Positions 63,269 to 64,000 of a stretch of DNA of 64,000 bases are shown piece by piece. Origin of the DNA: Sediminispirochaeta smaragdinae DSM 11293 (lineage in GTDB: Bacteria; Spirochaetota; Spirochaetia; DSM-16054; Sediminispirochaetaceae); contig NC_014364.1 of NCBI RefSeq assembly GCF_000143985.1, positions 4,164,582-4,228,581 of the forward strand, in the 5' to 3' direction. The position numbers were made by a program, and so were the translations under genes. The notes below the pieces were generated by a model. The model saw nothing but the letters and a program-made list of their open reading frames with translations, was not told the DNA's origin and ran no database searches. Positions within the stretch are counted from its first letter, which is position 1; each line of letters starts with the position of its first letter.

Positions 63269-64000
63269 TCAAGCCTGTTGTTTCCGCGGCTGCAGACGAA
63301 TTACCATATAGGCGCCGACCACGGCAATGGCGGTGGCGAGCAGGACCAACGGAAAGGCAATTCGAACCGATGCCACGGTCACAACCCGCCCCACTGCCAG
63401 GGGGGTGAGAATATCGGAGATCCCCCCCGTAAAACCGATCAGGCTTGCCGCCATCGCCGTATGCCGGGGGGCCGCATCCGTGGCCAGCGTAACCAAAACG
63501 GAAAAAAGCACCCCGCTGAAGGCACCGGCTATGGTAAACATGATGAAAAAGACAATAATGTTTCCCGAAATGATGGCAATGCAGAGGGCAAGGAAGGCGA
63601 TAACAAGGTTTACCAACAGTACCTTTACCGGCCTGGCCCTCCTTAAAATGCGGACAAAGGCAAGGCTGCCGATGACAGCCCCGACGCTGAACATGGTGAG
63701 TACATTTACCGAAATACTCTCATGGATCCCGAACGAGAGAACATAGGGATTGGTGTAAATATGGACAATATTCAGCAGAGAGCAATAGAAGAAATTGGTA
63801 AGAAACAAGACGAAAAAGAATTTTCCCTCCCGCTTCAACCATGTCATAGAGAAACCGTGTTCATGTTCGCTCGAATTATCCAGAATGCGCTCACGGGGCA
63901 TGAAAAAAGTGGCAACGAACAATGCGAAGGTCATAGCGCCGAAGATGAAAAACATCACCTTCCAGCTCAATCCCGACAAAAGGAGAAGTGACATTGTAAG
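63269..64000 (-). CDS. MFS-type transporter, partial (N-terminus beyond the window end)
   Basis: The minus-strand frame stays open through 64000. Six hydrophobic helices. Co-oriented with the nucleoside genes, so it may be a nucleoside permease. Confidence 0.55.
   Translation of the reverse strand, partial: LTMSLLLLSGLSWKVMFFIFGAMTFALFVATFFMPRERILDNSSEHEHGFSMTWLKREGKFFFVLFLTNFFYCSLLNIVHIYTNPYVLSFGIHESISVNVLTMFSVGAVIGSLAFVRILRRARPVKVLLVNLVIAFLALCIAIISGNIIVFFIMFTIAGAFSGVLFSVLVTLATDAAPRHTAMAASLIGFTGGISDILTPLAVGRVVTVASVRIAFPLVLLATAIAVVGAYMVIRLQPRKQQA

Noticed and set aside
1-64000. CRISPR arrays, transposases/integrases, prophage genes, rRNA/tRNA.
   Set aside because: No regularly spaced direct repeats, no DDE/tyrosine-recombinase-like ORFs and no cloverleaf-like conserved tRNA segments were seen in the intergenic regions. 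The window looks like core or accessory chromosome without mobile DNA.

Overview
This is a 64 kb chromosomal window from a bacterium of roughly 52% GC. The strong lipoprotein bias, type III glutamine synthetase, sigma-54 promoter and LolA-like/FtsX modules suggest a spirochaete-like anaerobe, but the taxon is not certain. No rRNA, tRNA, CRISPR array or mobile-element genes were recognised. Coding density is high, about 65 genes, mostly on the minus strand. Several ORFs in the six-frame track begin at TTG translated as M, so several real starts were moved to internal ATGs preceded by ribosome-binding sites.

The main modules, in order along the window:
- A cell-envelope cluster: a partial ArnT/PMT-like membrane glycosyltransferase, a GNAT acetyltransferase, a VanW protein and a secreted discoidin-like protein.
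- Two Ugp/Mal-type sugar or glycerophosphodiester ABC importers, with a LacI regulator, a PfkB kinase and two of the window's three glycerophosphodiesterase (GDPD) paralogues.
- A family-1 encapsulin nanocompartment operon: a ferritin-like cargo protein carrying a C-terminal GGLGIGSLKG targeting peptide, followed by the encapsulin shell gene.
- A divergent HxlR/NmrA redox pair with a perfect 16 bp palindromic operator between them.
- An operon coupling a methylthioribose-1-phosphate-isomerase-like (MtnA/eIF-2B family) protein to a complete ECF transporter (fused EcfAA', EcfT, a long S component), an RpiR regulator and a YgiD-like dioxygenase. It has a strong sigma-70 promoter and a 10 bp-arm palindrome just upstream.
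- A YtrA-type GntR regulator, an SPFH protein, a MacB-like ABC transporter (ATPase plus two FtsX permeases), a LolA-like protein and an outer-membrane beta-barrel protein.
- A HisKA_2 histidine kinase with a single-domain receiver.
- A lipoprotein metallopeptidase (Listeria-Bacteroides repeat plus HEFQH motif) whose signal peptide is interrupted by a one-base frameshift in a short T tract.
- An M48 peptidase and TypA/BipA.
- Five consecutive exported proteins: two LPP20-like lipoproteins, a CsgG-like protein, a lipoprotein and a FecR-domain protein.
- PepT, a stand-alone DUF2156 protein (related to the lysyl-phosphatidylglycerol synthase C-terminal domain), and glutamine synthetase type III behind a canonical sigma-54 promoter.
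- A convergent aminotransferase, then a CPA2 antiporter, a PtsN-like EIIA and an orphan sensor kinase.
- A nucleoside-catabolism cluster: nucleoside hydrolase, amidohydrolase/deaminase, nucleoside phosphorylase and a partial MFS transporter.
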